Source: Chiloscyllium plagiosum
Lineage: Eukaryota
DNA length: 64,000 nt
Direction: 5' to 3'
NCBI RefSeq assembly: GCF_004010195.1
Contig: NC_057742.1
Span: 32,315,101 to 32,379,100 of the forward strand
The notes beneath the pieces are model-generated. The model had not been told where the DNA came from. It saw only the letters and a program-made list of their open reading frames with translations, and made no database searches. A program made the translations under genes and the position numbers. Shown in pieces: positions 25,621 to 38,420 of this stretch (positions are counted from its first letter, which is position 1; the number at the start of each line of letters is the position of its first letter).

Positions 25621-28279
25621 TGGCGTGGGCAAACATTTTGGTCAGCAGGGCCAGTTTTGGTCTGTCTCCGTTCTTTTGGACTGTATGACTCTATGACTCA
25701 AAACAATTTCCCAAACGCATGACCTCTACCAAGAGCATTTGGCAAATGAGAAAGCCACCTGCTATTTGCCCTCCAAGTCACACATCGTTGTCACTCAGAA
25801 ATATATGAACGGTTTACCTTTACAGCTATAAGAATCAATCTGGCCTCTTCCTAAATTAATGATTAAACATCAAATTACTCCCCATTTTGCAAATATTTTG
25901 TACTTCATCCACACATCTTGTATTTGTCATCTTTTGACACACATGTTGTCATTGTTTTTGCTTACCTACTCAAAGTAAATGTTTATTTTAAAAGATTGGC
26001 ATTGAAAGATTAGGACTTAAGACATAACACCAATCATTTTTAGCTATGGAGCTGTTCTCAATTAATTGACACCTTGTCCATCACTTTCAGTTTCCATTCC
26101 CTTCACTAGCAATGCACATTGGAAACAACCATCTGCAAGGTACACTACAACATCTGATCAAAGCTCTTTTGACAGCACCTTCCACATCTGGGAGCTCAAC
26201 CAGCTAGAAGGACAAAAGTAGCAGACACATGTTAACACCGCAAACTGCACTTCCTCTTCACATCATGCACCAACCTGATTTGGGCCCATATCACCATTGT
26301 AATGATACTGCTCCTTTAACAAGGTTATGTTGTCCTTTGTATTTTTTCAAAGGTTGGTAAAGATACAGGTTCTGAAATGTCTGGGATTATCTACTTGAAG
26401 AAGCCTTTAATTTTTTTTTTTAAACAAGCTCTTGTACAAAAAAAGTGAGTGGCCCATTTACCCAGTTTAGCCTTTCTCTGATATAATTTGGTTTAGTTTG
26501 GTTTTAGCAAGCAGTCGGTTTTTTGAGGCTTCTGGTCAAAGAAATAGATCCATGCTGATCCTCTCTCTCTCTCTCTCTCTCTGACATGTCTCCTGTAAGA
26601 ACCTGTATTTGTTTTTACCTGTTTTTGTCAAGGGGGTGTTTATAGGGCTGTTGCAAGTATTTGGAGCAGCATCATTAAGTTGTGATATAGTTGGTTGGGT
26701 GTTCAAATAGTTATGTTATTCAAAACTTGGTTTTCTTTTGTTCATGTGTAAAATAAATTCTGTTTTGTTTGAAACTGAGTGGTTATGCCAACTGCATCAC
26801 ACCTGGGACATCCACTGTATACCTGCTTAGAACAACGAGCAAAGCTGAGGACTGGGCTACCCTCTTGCAATGTTTTGAGGGGCTCTGGCCTGGTCCATAA
26901 CAGACTGTGGGCTCTTTGTGTGATTCATTCTATAGTTAGGATTAGGGTTGTTGGACTTGAAGGCAGCGAGTGGTATGTGTTAGGGCTTTTTGTTCAGGGT
27001 GTTGATTTCAGTTGGTTTCAACAGTGCAATAGCTCACTCAATCACTCAGAGTTTTCTTGGGGTGGAAGAAGTGACTCTGAAGGCTTTATGAAAAGTGAAC
27101 AAGGAAAAGTTGCTGGAATTGACAGTCATGCTGGAGTTGGAGCTGCCTCCTTTTGTGAGGAGAGGAGAGATAATTACAGCAATAGCTCAATATTTAGATT
27201 TACTGGATATGTCATCAGAATATATATGGAGATGGCTAAAATTCAATTGAAAATGAAACAGCTTGAGCTTGAGGAAAAATAAAAGAAACTTTGAATTAAG
27301 ATTAAAAGCAGAGGAAAGCGAAAAATTACAAATCGCTTTAGCAAACTAGAAAGAAAGAGAGAAGAGGAAAGAAGAGAGAGGAAAGGGAGAATGAGAGAGA
27401 GTTTAAATTTCAGAAATTGGCACTTAGACAGGAAAGTCAGCTTAAAAGAATAGATATGAAGGCTGAAAGTAGGCTTGGAGAGTAAGACAGTGAGGATGAA
27501 CAGTAGCCAAAGACCCGATGGCGATCTGTTTAAATATATCCAGACATTTCCTAAATTTGATGAGAAGAATGTGGAAGCTTTTTTCATCTCATCTGAAAAG
27601 GTGGCTGAACAAATGCAGTGGCCAGTGACCAGGTGGGCTTTGTTGATTCAAACAAGATTTATAGGTAAAACAAGTGAGGTCTTTGCATCACTATCAGAGG
27701 AGGTATCTGGGGAATATGAAGAGGTGAAAAAAGCAATTTTAAGTGCTTATGAGCTTGTTTCAGACGCCGACAGTGTTTCAGGAATCTAAGGAGGGACCCT
27801 GGTCACATCTACATTCAGTTCGAAAGTATCAAACAAAGTAATTTTGATCGGTGGATCAGGTCATTAAAAATAGAGCAAACCTATGATGCTCTTAGAGCGA
27901 TGATTATTTTGGAGGAGCTCAAAAATTCACTTCTTGAAGTAGTGAGAACTCATGTGGAAGAGCACAGGGTTAAAAGGTCGAGATTAGCAGCTGAAATGGC
28001 TGATGATTATGAGTTGCTTCATAAATCAAAGTATGGCTTCCAAATTCAATTACAATTTATGAGGGATAGAAATTGGGGAAAGGAGAAATCGTCCTGTGGA
28101 AAGGGAAAGGTAGATCTTGGTGAATATCATAAGGATAATTTACCATTGGGTAAAAAGATCACCCTGGAAGGGGAAAAAGAAGTTAAAAAGCTCCAGTGTA
28201 TTCACTGCAAAAAAGTAAACCATATGAAATCATAGTGTTGGTAGGTTAGAAAAAGCACTGGGAAGCCAGATGTAGGAAA

Positions 28280-28779
28280 NNNNNNNNNNNNNNNNNNNNN
28301 NNNNNNNNNNNNNNNNNNNNNNNNNNNNNNNNNNNNNNNNNNNNNNNNNNNNNNNNNNNNNNNNNNNNNNNNNNNNNNNNNNNNNNNNNNNNNNNNNNNN
28401 NNNNNNNNNNNNNNNNNNNNNNNNNNNNNNNNNNNNNNNNNNNNNNNNNNNNNNNNNNNNNNNNNNNNNNNNNNNNNNNNNNNNNNNNNNNNNNNNNNNN
28501 NNNNNNNNNNNNNNNNNNNNNNNNNNNNNNNNNNNNNNNNNNNNNNNNNNNNNNNNNNNNNNNNNNNNNNNNNNNNNNNNNNNNNNNNNNNNNNNNNNNN
28601 NNNNNNNNNNNNNNNNNNNNNNNNNNNNNNNNNNNNNNNNNNNNNNNNNNNNNNNNNNNNNNNNNNNNNNNNNNNNNNNNNNNNNNNNNNNNNNNNNNNN
28701 NNNNNNNNNNNNNNNNNNNNNNNNNNNNNNNNNNNNNNNNNNNNNNNNNNNNNNNNNNNNNNNNNNNNNNNNNNNNNNN
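28280..28779. other. Assembly gap (500 N)
   Basis: Run of N; the round number suggests a placeholder size. Confidence 1.
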
Positions 28780-29101
28780 AAGGAAGTTATGGACAGCTTA
28801 GGAATAAAACAATTCAAATCAAATGCATACCATCCAAAATCATGGGGAGCTCCAGAAAGGTGATATCAGATATTAAAGACCATCTTGAGGGCTTGTAGTC
28901 AAGACGATCCTGATGATTGGGAGAAACTAATTCATTTGTAGTTTTTGCCATCAGAGATGCACCAAATGAATCGACCGAATTCAATCCATTTGAATTAGGT
29001 TTTGGGCATGAAGTGAGAGGTCTGCTAAAATTGATTATGGAGAAATTGGTAAGTTATAATTCAGAGACCACATCTTTGGACTATGTATCAAATTTTCAGG
29101 A

Positions 29102-29616
29102 TTTGGAGGTGCCGATGTTGGACTGGGGTGTACAAAGTTAAAAACCACACAAAACCAGGTTATAGTCCAACAGGTTTATTTAGAAGCATGAGCTTTCGGA
29201 GCATGGCTCCTTCATCAGGTGGTTCATCAACCACATGATGATAGAGCGGAGCTCTGAAAACTAGTGCTTCCAAAGAAACCGGTTGGGGTGGCACGATGGC
29301 TCAGTGGTTAGCACAGTTGCCTCACAGCACCAGGGTCCCAGGTTCAATTTCAGCCTTGGGTGACTGTCTGTGTGGAGTTTGCACACTCTCCCCGTGTTTG
29401 TGTAGGTTTGCTCTGGTTTCCTCCCACAGTCCAAAGATGTGTGGGTCAGGTGAATTGGCCATGCTAAATTGCCCATAGTGATAGGTGCATTAGTCAAAGG
29501 GAAATGGGTCTGGGTAGGTTACTCTTTGGAGGGTCGGTGTGGACTGTTGGTTGGGCCGACGGGCCTGTTTCCACACTGTAGGGAATCTAATCTAATAACC
29601 TGGTGTTGTGTGATTT
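29102..29616. mobile_element. Palindromic Penelope-like element with a nested SINE (29285-29595, +)
   Basis: Hammerhead motif on minus at about 29188-29222 (CTGATGA AGGAGC CAT GCTCC GAAA GC TC); flanked by AATTTTCAGGA-like direct repeats; the SINE interrupts the right arm. Confidence 0.7.
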
Positions 29617-30429
29617 CAATTTTTCAGGAATGATTAAATAGAGGAAGGGAGTTTCTCGACTACAGTTAAAGGTATCACAGCACACAATGAACCAGGAAGC
29701 AGAGAAGAAATAAAAAATTTGCGATTTTGCTATCGGATATAAAGTATTACTTCCAGTGATTGGTGAACTTTAAAAGCAAGGTTTAATGGACCTTATCAAG
29801 TTGAAAGGAGATGAGTGAGATGAACTATTTGATAAGGACGCCAGACAGAAATAAATCTCACAGAGTGTGTCATGTAAATATGCTCAAAAGGTATTTTGAC
29901 AGGGAAGGAAAACCAAAGGAGACTGTGTTATTGATTACAACACAGAGTGAAGAACCATGTTAAAATGATTCTGAATTCGATATTCCTCAGACTAAATTGG
30001 ACAATGAGGAGGTTGTCAAAAATTGGGATAAATGATTGCGTTATTTGTGGAAATAAGCTGGGAAGTACTAACCTAATTATGCATGATGTCGATAAAGGAA
30101 ATGTTCTAATTAAACAACATTCCTATCAGCAGAATCCTCTGAAGTTGACACAGGTTCAAAAGGAGATTGAATGTATGCTGCAAGACAACATAATTGAAGT
30201 GAATTACAGTGACTGGGGCTCACCCATAGTAATGGTGCCAAAACCAGATGGTACCCAATGGCTATATGTAGACTATCGCAAAGTCAATGTAGTTACAAAG
30301 ACTGACACATATCCGATCCCACATTTGGAACACTGTGTTAAAACGGTGGGACAAGCAACTCATATTTCTAAATTGGACTTGCTCCGAGGGTACTGGCACG
30401 TACCTTTGTCCGGAAGAGCGAAGTCAATT

Positions 30430-30760
30430 TGGGTGGCACGGTGTGGTGGCTCAGTTGTTTGCACTGCTGCCTCACAGCTCCAGTTCAATTTCGGCCTCAG
30501 GCGACTGTCTGCGTGGAGTTTGCATATTCTCCCTGTGTCTGTGTGCGTTTCCTCCCACAGCCCAAAGATGTGCAGGTTAGGTGAATTGGCCATGCTAAAT
30601 TGGCCATAGTATCCAGGGATGTGGAGGCTAGGTGCATTAGTCAGGGGAAATGTAGAGTAATAGGGTTGGGGAATAGGTCTGCGTGGGATACTCTTCAGAG
30701 GGTCAGTGTGGACTTGTTGGGCCAAATGTCTTGTTTCCACACTGTAGGGATTCTAATCTT
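30430..30760 (+). mobile_element. SINE inserted in the Gypsy RT
   Basis: Same SINE family as 21940-22255; it interrupts RT between AKSI and AFVM. Confidence 0.85.
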
Positions 30761-31217
30761 GGCTTTTGTAATGCTGAATGGACTGTGTCAGTTCAAAGTC
30801 ATGATATTTGGTATGAAAAATGTGCCAGCCACATTTCAGAGACTGGCCAATAAGGTCATTTGCGGATTACTTAATAATATAGTTTGTATTGATGACCTGG
30901 TGATTTTTAGTCACACGTGGAAGGAACATTTGCAACATTTACCAGAATTATTCGATTGACTTCGGGAAACAAGTTTGGTGATATACCTGAGTAAAAGTTG
31001 CCAAAGCCCAAGTTTCCTTCCGGGGCCATGTTATTGGACATGGGCAAATGGCCCCTCAGAATGCAAAAACAAAGGTAATTGGGGAGTTTCCCATACCATT
31101 GACCAAAATAGCAGCACAATGGTTCCTGGGGATGATATTGAAAATTCATAAATGTTAGCAATTTGGCTGCTTTACTCACTGAACTACTAAAGAAAGGAAA
31201 GAAGTTTCAGTGGAGAG

Positions 31218-31863
31218 TGTCACAAGGCTAGTCCCTTTTTTCTAGAAGCTATTCCTTGGCTCAAGGATACTCTGAACTTGATTTTTTCAGAGGGGTAATA
31301 AACTGAGCTGGGCTTCAATCAGTCTGGTTTGGTACAGAGATGAAAAGGATTTTGAGAAGCCTTTTGTTCATATGTAACTTATGATGAGACTTCAGCCAAA
31401 GTGGCCATGTTTTAGAAGTGACCTGTATAAAGTGAGGGGAGTGGTCAGCTCTCGAGCTAGCTGTGCTGAGCTGAGCAGTTTTAGTTCAGTCTGACTGATG
31501 AGAAGTTCAACAGGGAGCTGTGTGGAAACGCTCTATCTCTTCTCTGCCCTTCAACATCAACCTGTAAGCATGCATTCCATTTATACTCATTTTTAAAGGG
31601 AGTTGCTTATTAGGATTGTTGTGTATATTCGGAACAACATAATTAAGTCCTGTTTGAATAGACTGAGTTTTGTAGGGGTTCTTTCTTCTGTTCTTTGTGT
31701 AATTTTGTGAATAAATTTTTGTGTGTTTTAAAATCTAGTAGTGAACCCTAGCTAACTTAAGTTGGGTAATTTTCACTGTACAGCTTACCGAAACAAATTA
31801 CAAAGTTATGGTCTTATCTGCCTGCTTAAGAATGTTTTGAGTGGTCTGGCTTAGTCCATAACA
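31218..31863 (+). mobile_element. Nested solo LTR inside the pol of the Gypsy element
   Basis: Starts TGTCAC and ends GTCCATAACA (same terminus as the host LTR); internal AATAAA; degenerate 4-bp TSD AGAG/AAAG; the host pol sequence resumes on both sides. Confidence 0.78.
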
Positions 31864-32680
31864 AAAGCAGACTGTCAGAAGGCGGTTGACAGCCTGAAAG
31901 CTGTGTTAACCACAAACCCCAGTGTTAGCCACACCTAAATACACAAAGCTACTCAGGGTGGCTATTGATGCAAGCAATGTCAGTATCGGTGCTGTGCTCT
32001 TACAGGAAGCTGACAAGAAAATGGAAAGACCTATTGGATATTTCTCCAGGACATTGGACATGCATCAGCAGAAATATTCGACAGTTGAGAAGGAGAATCT
32101 GAGCTTGGTGTTGGTGTTACAACATTTCAATATTTATGTTATCAGTAATGTGTCTGACACAATCATACAGTGTACACAAATCAAAACCCATTGAGGTTTG
32201 TGGAGAAATTGAAGGACAAAAATTTCAGATTGTTTAGGTGGAGCTTGTTGTTACAACCGTTCTATTTGAAAATTGTGCATGAGGCAGGACAAGGAAATGT
32301 GATTGCTGACGCATTATCGAGACTTGGATGAGAAACGGATGCATACAGTGGCAGGAGTAAAACAGACTGAAACAGAACATAGTACTGCATGTTTGCAGGT
32401 TTATAGTCAATGTAATGTATATGGGTGTAGTTGTGTACAAACAGTGTAGTATCAAGGGGATTTAAAATGAAGCCATCTTTGGATATTGATGGCTCATTTT
32501 TTTAAGGGGGGTATGATGATGCTGCTCTTTTCACAAGGTTGTTTTTTTTTTGCGAGGTCATAAAGGCACAGGTTCTGAAATGTCTGGGTTTAACTACATG
32601 AAGACATTTTTAAGTTTAAAATAAAACACACTTGTACAATGAAAGGGAGTGGCCAGTTCTTCCAGCTTAGCTTTTCTCTG

Positions 32681-32850
32681 TCAAGAGTGTCTTGCTGGGA
32701 AAGCACAGCAGGTCAGGCAGCATCATCCTGATGAAGGGCTTATGCCCAAAACGTCGATTTTCCTGCTCCTCGGATGATGCCTGACCTGCTGTGCTTTCCC
32801 AGCAACACACTCTCAATTCTGATCTCCAGCATCTGCAGTCCTCACTTTCT
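32681..32850. mobile_element. Palindromic Penelope-like element in the 3' LTR
   Basis: TSD CTTAGCTTTTCTCTG at 32666-32680 and 32851-32865; absent from the 5' LTR; its hammerhead has GAAA>AAAA. Confidence 0.78.
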
Positions 32851-33771
32851 CTTAGCTTTTCTCTGGTTTGGTTTGGTTTGGTTTGGTTTTAGCAAGCTGT
32901 CAGTGTTTTGAGACTGCTGATCTAAGAAACAGCTCCATGCTGATCCTTTCTTTCTCTGACATCTCTCCTGTAAGAACCTGTGTTTGATTTAACCTTTTTT
33001 TTGTCAAGGGGGTGTTTAAGGGGATGTTGCCAATGTTTGGAACAGCATCATTAAATTGTGATAGAGTCAATTCGGTTTTCAAGTAGTTATCTTTTCCTAA
33101 ATTTTCTTTTGTCCCTATGTAAAATGAATTCTGTTTTATCTGAAACCGTATGGTTGAGCCACCTGCATTACTCCTGGAACATCTGCTCTCAACCTGCTTA
33201 AAACAACTAGAAAACTTAGGGTCTGGGCTGCTCCCTTGACATGTTTTGAGGGGGTCAGGCCTAGTCCATAATACCGTTCCTTCAGTAAAATCCTGTAACA
33301 CCCTCCCAAACATCACCGTGGATATACCCACATACCAAATATTATAGTTATTGAAGAAGATTGCTCACAATCACCTTCCCCAGCACCATTAGTGATGGGC
33401 ACTAAAAGCTGGCTTGACAAATAATGCACCAATCCCACAAATGAACAAATAAAACCTCTAATCTCAGGGGTTTAGCATCCTGATGCTACTTATGCATTCT
33501 TTAAGACCAGCAACGTTAGGATGTAAATGCAATAAAATATCTTTTGTTTCTGAAAAAATGCTTAAATGTTTTGCATGACCTTATACCTTGGTATGAGTTT
33601 ATATTATGCTCTCTGTCTAGATTTTCCACTCTGCTTCAGACAAGAGTCTCTAATTAAGTTAAATGTTCATAATATCACTAATAAATGAACAATTTTACAA
33701 TTAATATAATCTTGCAGTGTAATACAGAAATTAATAAAAATTATGAAGCAAAGAGAGTATGCGATAATATA

Positions 33772-34088
33772 TTTATTGAAACCCAGATGTGAGTAACAAA
33801 GTAACCTTCTAAACAACATTTTTTTCCACACGGTTATAAGTTAGATTCAATAAATATAAATAATTTAAAACGTTTGTGCAATTTACTTCTTCTTTGTGCA
33901 ACACTAGTAAGCTTGTGCAATACATTATACAATATAAAATAATTTAGGGCCCCTGTTACGTGACAATTTTGTTATTCCTTATCATCCCTGGCAGTGAGAG
34001 CGGTAAGTCTGTCAATGTTGTAAATAGCAAATAAATCCGAATTACAAAAAAACCCATCGATTTCCTCCAGTATTAGAAAATATTCTGA
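33772..34088 (-). promoter_or_regulatory. IFN-B 3' UTR with AU-rich elements and polyA signal
   Basis: ATTTA on minus (TAAAT on plus) near 34021, 34032, 33851 and 33857; AATAAA on minus at 33772-33777. Confidence 0.62.
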
Positions 34089-36130
34089 TTAAGATGATCG
34101 CTTGGCCTCCCTCTGAATTCGTCCTATTATGGTTTGAATCTGCTGTAAGTAAGACATGGTGCGAGAGCGGACTCTTTCCCAGGCACAGTCACTGAATCCC
34201 TGAAAGGCAAAAATATTGAAACATGTTAGCAGGACTGCACCGAATTTTAAGGGAATACAAAAGTTGCACATTATTTGAAAGCCATACTCCAGTTTTCGCG
34301 TGAGAATATCAGCATTCATTTGATCTCAGTCATTTTTGGGCATTGCTAATATCATGATGCTGATTTTAACGTGATAATTAAATGATCAGAATTTAGATTT
34401 ACCTACAGTGTGGAAACAGGCCCTTCAGCCCAACCAGTCCACACTGACCCTCTGAAGAGTAAGGAGAAATTGAGGTCTGCAGATGCTGAAGAGTAACCCA
34501 ACCAGACCCATTTCCCTCTGACTAATGCACCTAGCACTATGGGCAATTTAGCATGGCCAATTCACCTAACCTGCACATCTTTGGACTGTGGGAGGAAACC
34601 CATGCAGACACGGGGAGAATGTACAAACTCCACCAAGACAGTCACCCGAGGCTAGAATTGAACCTGGGACTGGCTCCAGTGAGGCAGTAGTGCTAACCAC
34701 TGAGCCACGGTGCCACCCTTGAGCTACTGATATTGGAAGCCAAATTTTCTAAGGAATTTCACTAGACATTCTCAGCAGAGAAACTCTTCACTAATACATC
34801 TCTCGTCAGCCCTAGTCTGAGTAGTGACAAAGTTATGGACCTTGCTACATGGTTTGTCTACACGAACTTCACTAGATGTAAAATAGTAAAACATGAATCG
34901 CCCATACCTGTTGCGTTAGCAGCTCCCTCATCTTGCTGAAGTCCTGTTGAATTTCCTCGCTTCTAGTGGACGCTGCAGGGTCTCCCACACATCCGTTCAG
35001 ATTTGTCAGCTGCTCACTCAGATGAATCAGAAAGGTTTCCAGCCGGTCAGAGTCCCAGGGAGCAGTATTGAGGTTCTCAATGAAGATCTTGTTGATTTGA
35101 TCCAATGCTTGGTGGATAAGCAGGAGTGTGTCTTCCCCCTGTTGGACACAAAAAAATGTTACTTCGCGGAAATGTGTCACTATTCGAATTTTAAAAGAAT
35201 TATTTAGAACCTGAGAAAAATGAGCAAGGCTGGGCCATTCCGCCATTCAAGACCATCTTGAATTCCTTGTTTTTTTTCTCCATTCAGAATCTCAGATCTA
35301 CTCAAGGACGACGTGATCAGAAACCTCTGGGATGGAGAATTCCACAGATTCACCACCTTCTGAATGAAGGGATTCCTCCACATTTCAGTCCTACAAAGCC
35401 TGCTAGTTACTCCAAATTATTTGGAGGAGCTAGTGTTGGACTGGGGTGTACAAAGTTAAAATCACCCAACACCAGATTATGGTCCAACAGGTTTATTTGG
35501 AAGCACTAGCTTTTGGAGCGCTGCTCCTTCATCAGGTGGTTGTGAAGTATAAGATCATTAAGATCCAGGTCTTTTTCAATACATAATTTCAGTTACATCA
35601 TACTGTAAACTTTTGCTATAAACTCTGTGTCTTACGATCTTATACTCCACAACCACCTGATGAAGGAGCAGCGCTCCGAAAGCTAGTGCTTCCAAATAAG
35701 CCTGTTGGACTCAAACCCGGTGCTGTGTGATATTTAGCTCACTTACTCTAAGGTATAGCTTTGTGATCCAGTATTATTTTAACATTGAGAATACTGAGTA
35801 TTTTGCTAGGTACAACTCAGAATCTGTGCTGGCTACATACCTGAATATTTTCCGTGAGATCAATGAGTGAATGGCCATGGGGCATTCGTGTCATTTTCAG
35901 GCAGCGCAGACTGAGTTTTCTACCCTGCAACACGAAATTCAGAGGTTAAAAATGCCACATACACAAATCCTGGCGAGGGGAATAGATCAAGATCAGTTCA
36001 GACGCACCATTAAAGTCAGTTTGCTTTTCGTCTCAGCATTGTGGAATGCCAACTGCTCGCAGCCCAGAGTCAGGCTACAGGGCACCAAGACTAGCGCCAC
36101 CCAAAATCTCCAGATACAAGAAAGAGCCAT
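34089..36130 (-). CDS. Type I interferon, 4 exons (IFN-B), 182 aa; 4-cysteine type, divergent from the others
   Basis: Exons (minus): 36130-36008 MALSCIWRFWVALVLVPCSLTLGCEQLAFHNAETKSKLTLM; 35924-35841 GRKLSLRCLKMTRMPHGHSLIDLTENIQ; 35138-34908 GEDTLLLIHQALDQINKIF...PWDSDRLETF...LNGCV...RELLTQQ; 34199-34089 GFSDCAWERVRSRTMSYLQQIQTIIGRIQREAKRSS*. GT-AG phase-0 introns (83, 702, 708 nt). CAWE-VR motif and four conserved Cys. Confidence 0.93.
34393..34718 (-). mobile_element. SINE in IFN-B intron 3
   Basis: Same SINE family as 21940-22255. Confidence 0.85.
35420..35742. mobile_element. Palindromic Penelope-like element (second family) in IFN-B intron 2
   Basis: Inverted arms at about 35455-35556 and 35636-35739; the same family occurs at 29102-29616. 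Confidence 0.72.
35654..35688 (+). ncRNA. Minimal type I hammerhead ribozyme motif (antisense to IFN-B intron 2)
   Basis: CAC [CTGATGA 35657-35663] A GGAGC AGC GCTCC [GAAA 35678-35681] GC TA GTG; palindromic AGCT helix-III loop and stem I CAC/GTG. Confidence 0.7.
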
Positions 36131-36319
36131 GTTCAGCAGGACAGTGCGGATCTGAAATAGAGAGATATCGTTATTAGACAGCAACCTTCAGCAAAGTGAC
36201 TTAAGTGCTCCTGAGGCGGTGATAATAGCAGCGTTCTTACTTCTTGGTGATGGACCCCGCTCTAAGAGACACGACTAATGTCAGAGTCAAGAGTGAACTG
36301 ACAGATTGGAGCGCCATGG

Positions 36320-36605
36320 CGAATATAAAGAATAATGCTTGCATTAGAAAAGTGAAACACCGGATTTACAGCACCTCAAGAAATTTTCTAGCCACATTCG
36401 TTTTTCAAAATGAGAGGAATTTACGTTGAAAAAGAAGACAATCGAAAAGGAAGAGAGTTAGTCTGCAAGAAACAAAAACAAAACCCTCAAATGTTGCTCG
36501 CAGGCTGCATTGGTAAACCGCACTGTTCACAACTGAGGAAATGTCAAAGTCTGGTTGCATGTGAATCAAAAACAAAACTGCACAGACTCAGCGGGAAAAT
36601 TTCCT
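36320..36605 (-). promoter_or_regulatory. IFN-B promoter: TATA-like box, IRF element, kappaB-like site
   Basis: TTTATAT on minus at 36323-36329; GAAAAGTGAAAC at 36347-36358 (canonical IRF-E); GGGAAAATTTCC at 36593-36604. Confidence 0.6.
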
Positions 36606-37211
36606 CCTGTCTTAAAGAGTCTACCGCTGCTCAGAAGACCAACCGAGACCCCAGTTTTATTTCCCGCTTTCCTCAGGGTCCCCTAATGGACCCTAGCCTC
36701 AGCATTCCGTGCTGGGAAGATGTACTCGGCATTGCAAATCTAGATTTTGGGAGTATCCTTTCTTGCAGTTGTGCGATTTAACGCTTTAAACCCAACCTTT
36801 GGTTCATTTTCCCCAGTTCTCGTGTTTTCACAATATCTGAAGAATTCACACGTATTCCAAGATATTTTCTAATCAACCTGTTCAGAGAAGTCACAACACG
36901 TCTTTGGAGCAGATGGAACTTATTTCGGGATGTCCTGTTTCAGAGATAGACACACTACAACTGTCCCAATCTCTTCCCTCTAAAGCTGCTGTAAGTTAGA
37001 AGCATTTTCTGTTCTACTGTTCCAGCTATTAATACTGGATTGCTGCGCCAACCCCAAGTTGAGGCAGAGCCCATTGTACCTATGGAACGGAGTAGGCGCA
37101 TTCCTCAAATTGAAGGTACAGGTAATAGCTATAGAGCAAGACAGCATGATTCCTTTGGCATTGTTTCAGTAAAGTTATAGGAGAGATGAAGGGACAACTG
37201 AAAACACCTAG

Positions 37212-37487
37212 GTAGCAAGGTCTCTCAGTGGTTAGCTCTGCTGCCTCACAGCGCCAGGGACTCAGGTTTGATTCCAGTCTTGGATGACTGTCTGTGTGGA
37301 GTTTGAACATTCTCCCTGAGTCTGCATGGGTTCCCTCCTGGTGCTCTGGTTTCCTCCCACAGTCCAAAGATGTCCAGGTTAGGTGGATTGGCCATGGAAA
37401 ATACACAGTTAGTGGGTGGGTATTGGTGAGATTCTCTTCAAATGGGTGGTGTGAATGGCCTGTTTCCACACTGTAGGGATTCTATGA
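37212..37487 (+). mobile_element. SINE, decayed
   Basis: Same family head and tail motifs. Confidence 0.8.
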
Positions 37488-37496
37488 CTTCTACAA

Positions 37497-38420
37497 CTGT
37501 GTACATTAATGATCTGGACATGGAAATAGAAGACATGATCAGTAAGTTCATAGGTGATACAGAAATTGGTGGTGAGGCGAATAATGAGAAGGATGTCTTA
37601 GATTACAGGACAACATGGACGGACTAATCAGATAGGATTAAGAGTGGTAACTTAAATTTAATCCACAAATGTGTGAGGTGATGAATTTTGGGAAGGCTAA
37701 CATAACAATGAAGTACAGGTTGAATGGTAAGAACCTAGGAATGACAGAGGAACCTGGTTTTTATATCCATTGATCCTTGAAGGCAACAGGACAGGCAGAT
37801 AAATTGGTTAAGAAAGTATACGGCTTACTTGCTTTTATTAGTCAAGGCACTGATTACAAGGGCTCTATACAACATTAGTTAGGCCAACATGGAGTACTAT
37901 GTGTAATTCTGCTCACCATACTAGGAAGTATATGATTGCACTTGAAAGGGTGCATGTGATTCACCAAGATGTAGCTGGATCTCTCCAGCTCAAGCAATGA
38001 AGAAAGGAGTGATAGGCTGGGGTTGTTTTTCTTGGAGGAGCAAAGGCTGTGGGGGATCTGATTGTGGTATACAAAGTTCTGAGGAGCATAGACAGGGTAG
38101 ATAGAAGGAACTTTCTTCCTCTTAGTAGAGGGGTCAATAATTAAGGGTACAGTTTTAAGGAAACCACATTCGTTTTAGAGGATATCTGAGAGAGAAAAAA
38201 ATCACCTATGGGTTATGGATATTTGGAACTCACTGCCTAAAAGTGTGATAGAGATCATAACCCTCAAGAGCAATTTAGAATTATTTAGACGAGCATTTGA
38301 AATGCCATTTCATACAAAATTACTGGCTAGTGCTAAACAAAGGGTATCAATAGATATCTGATGATCAGCACAGACACAATGTTTTTTCTGCATTTTAAAA
38401 ATTCTGTCACCCTATGATTC
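37497..38420 (+). mobile_element. Old CR1 LINE RT/3' fragment
   Basis: YINDLDMEIEDMISKFIGDTEIGG followed by degenerate downstream CR1 motifs. Confidence 0.8.

Larger units (their letters stand above)
26298..33273 (+). mobile_element. Gmr1-like Ty3/Gypsy LTR retrotransposon, full-length but decayed
   Basis: 5' LTR 26298-26902 (TG...CA); 3' LTR 32512-33273 preceded by a polypurine tract AAGGGGGG; TSD CCAT/CCGT. Domains: SCAN-related gag (FPKFDEKNVEAFF...AILSAYELV) about 27220-28260; integrase about 28780-29900 (FAIRDAPNESTEFNPFELGFGHEVRG); RT about 30050-31200 (VDYRKVN, LDLLRGYW, CIDDLVIF); RNase H 31922-32330 (IDASNVSIGAVLLQ). Confidence 0.9.

Noticed and set aside
28230-28817. 195-aa ORF
   Set aside because: Artefact of translating through the N gap.
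36131-36184. N-terminal extensions of IFN exon-1 ORFs in the track (also 16351-16362 and 52603-52758)
   Set aside because: They begin at non-ATG codons; the first ATG gives a normal signal peptide aligned across paralogues.
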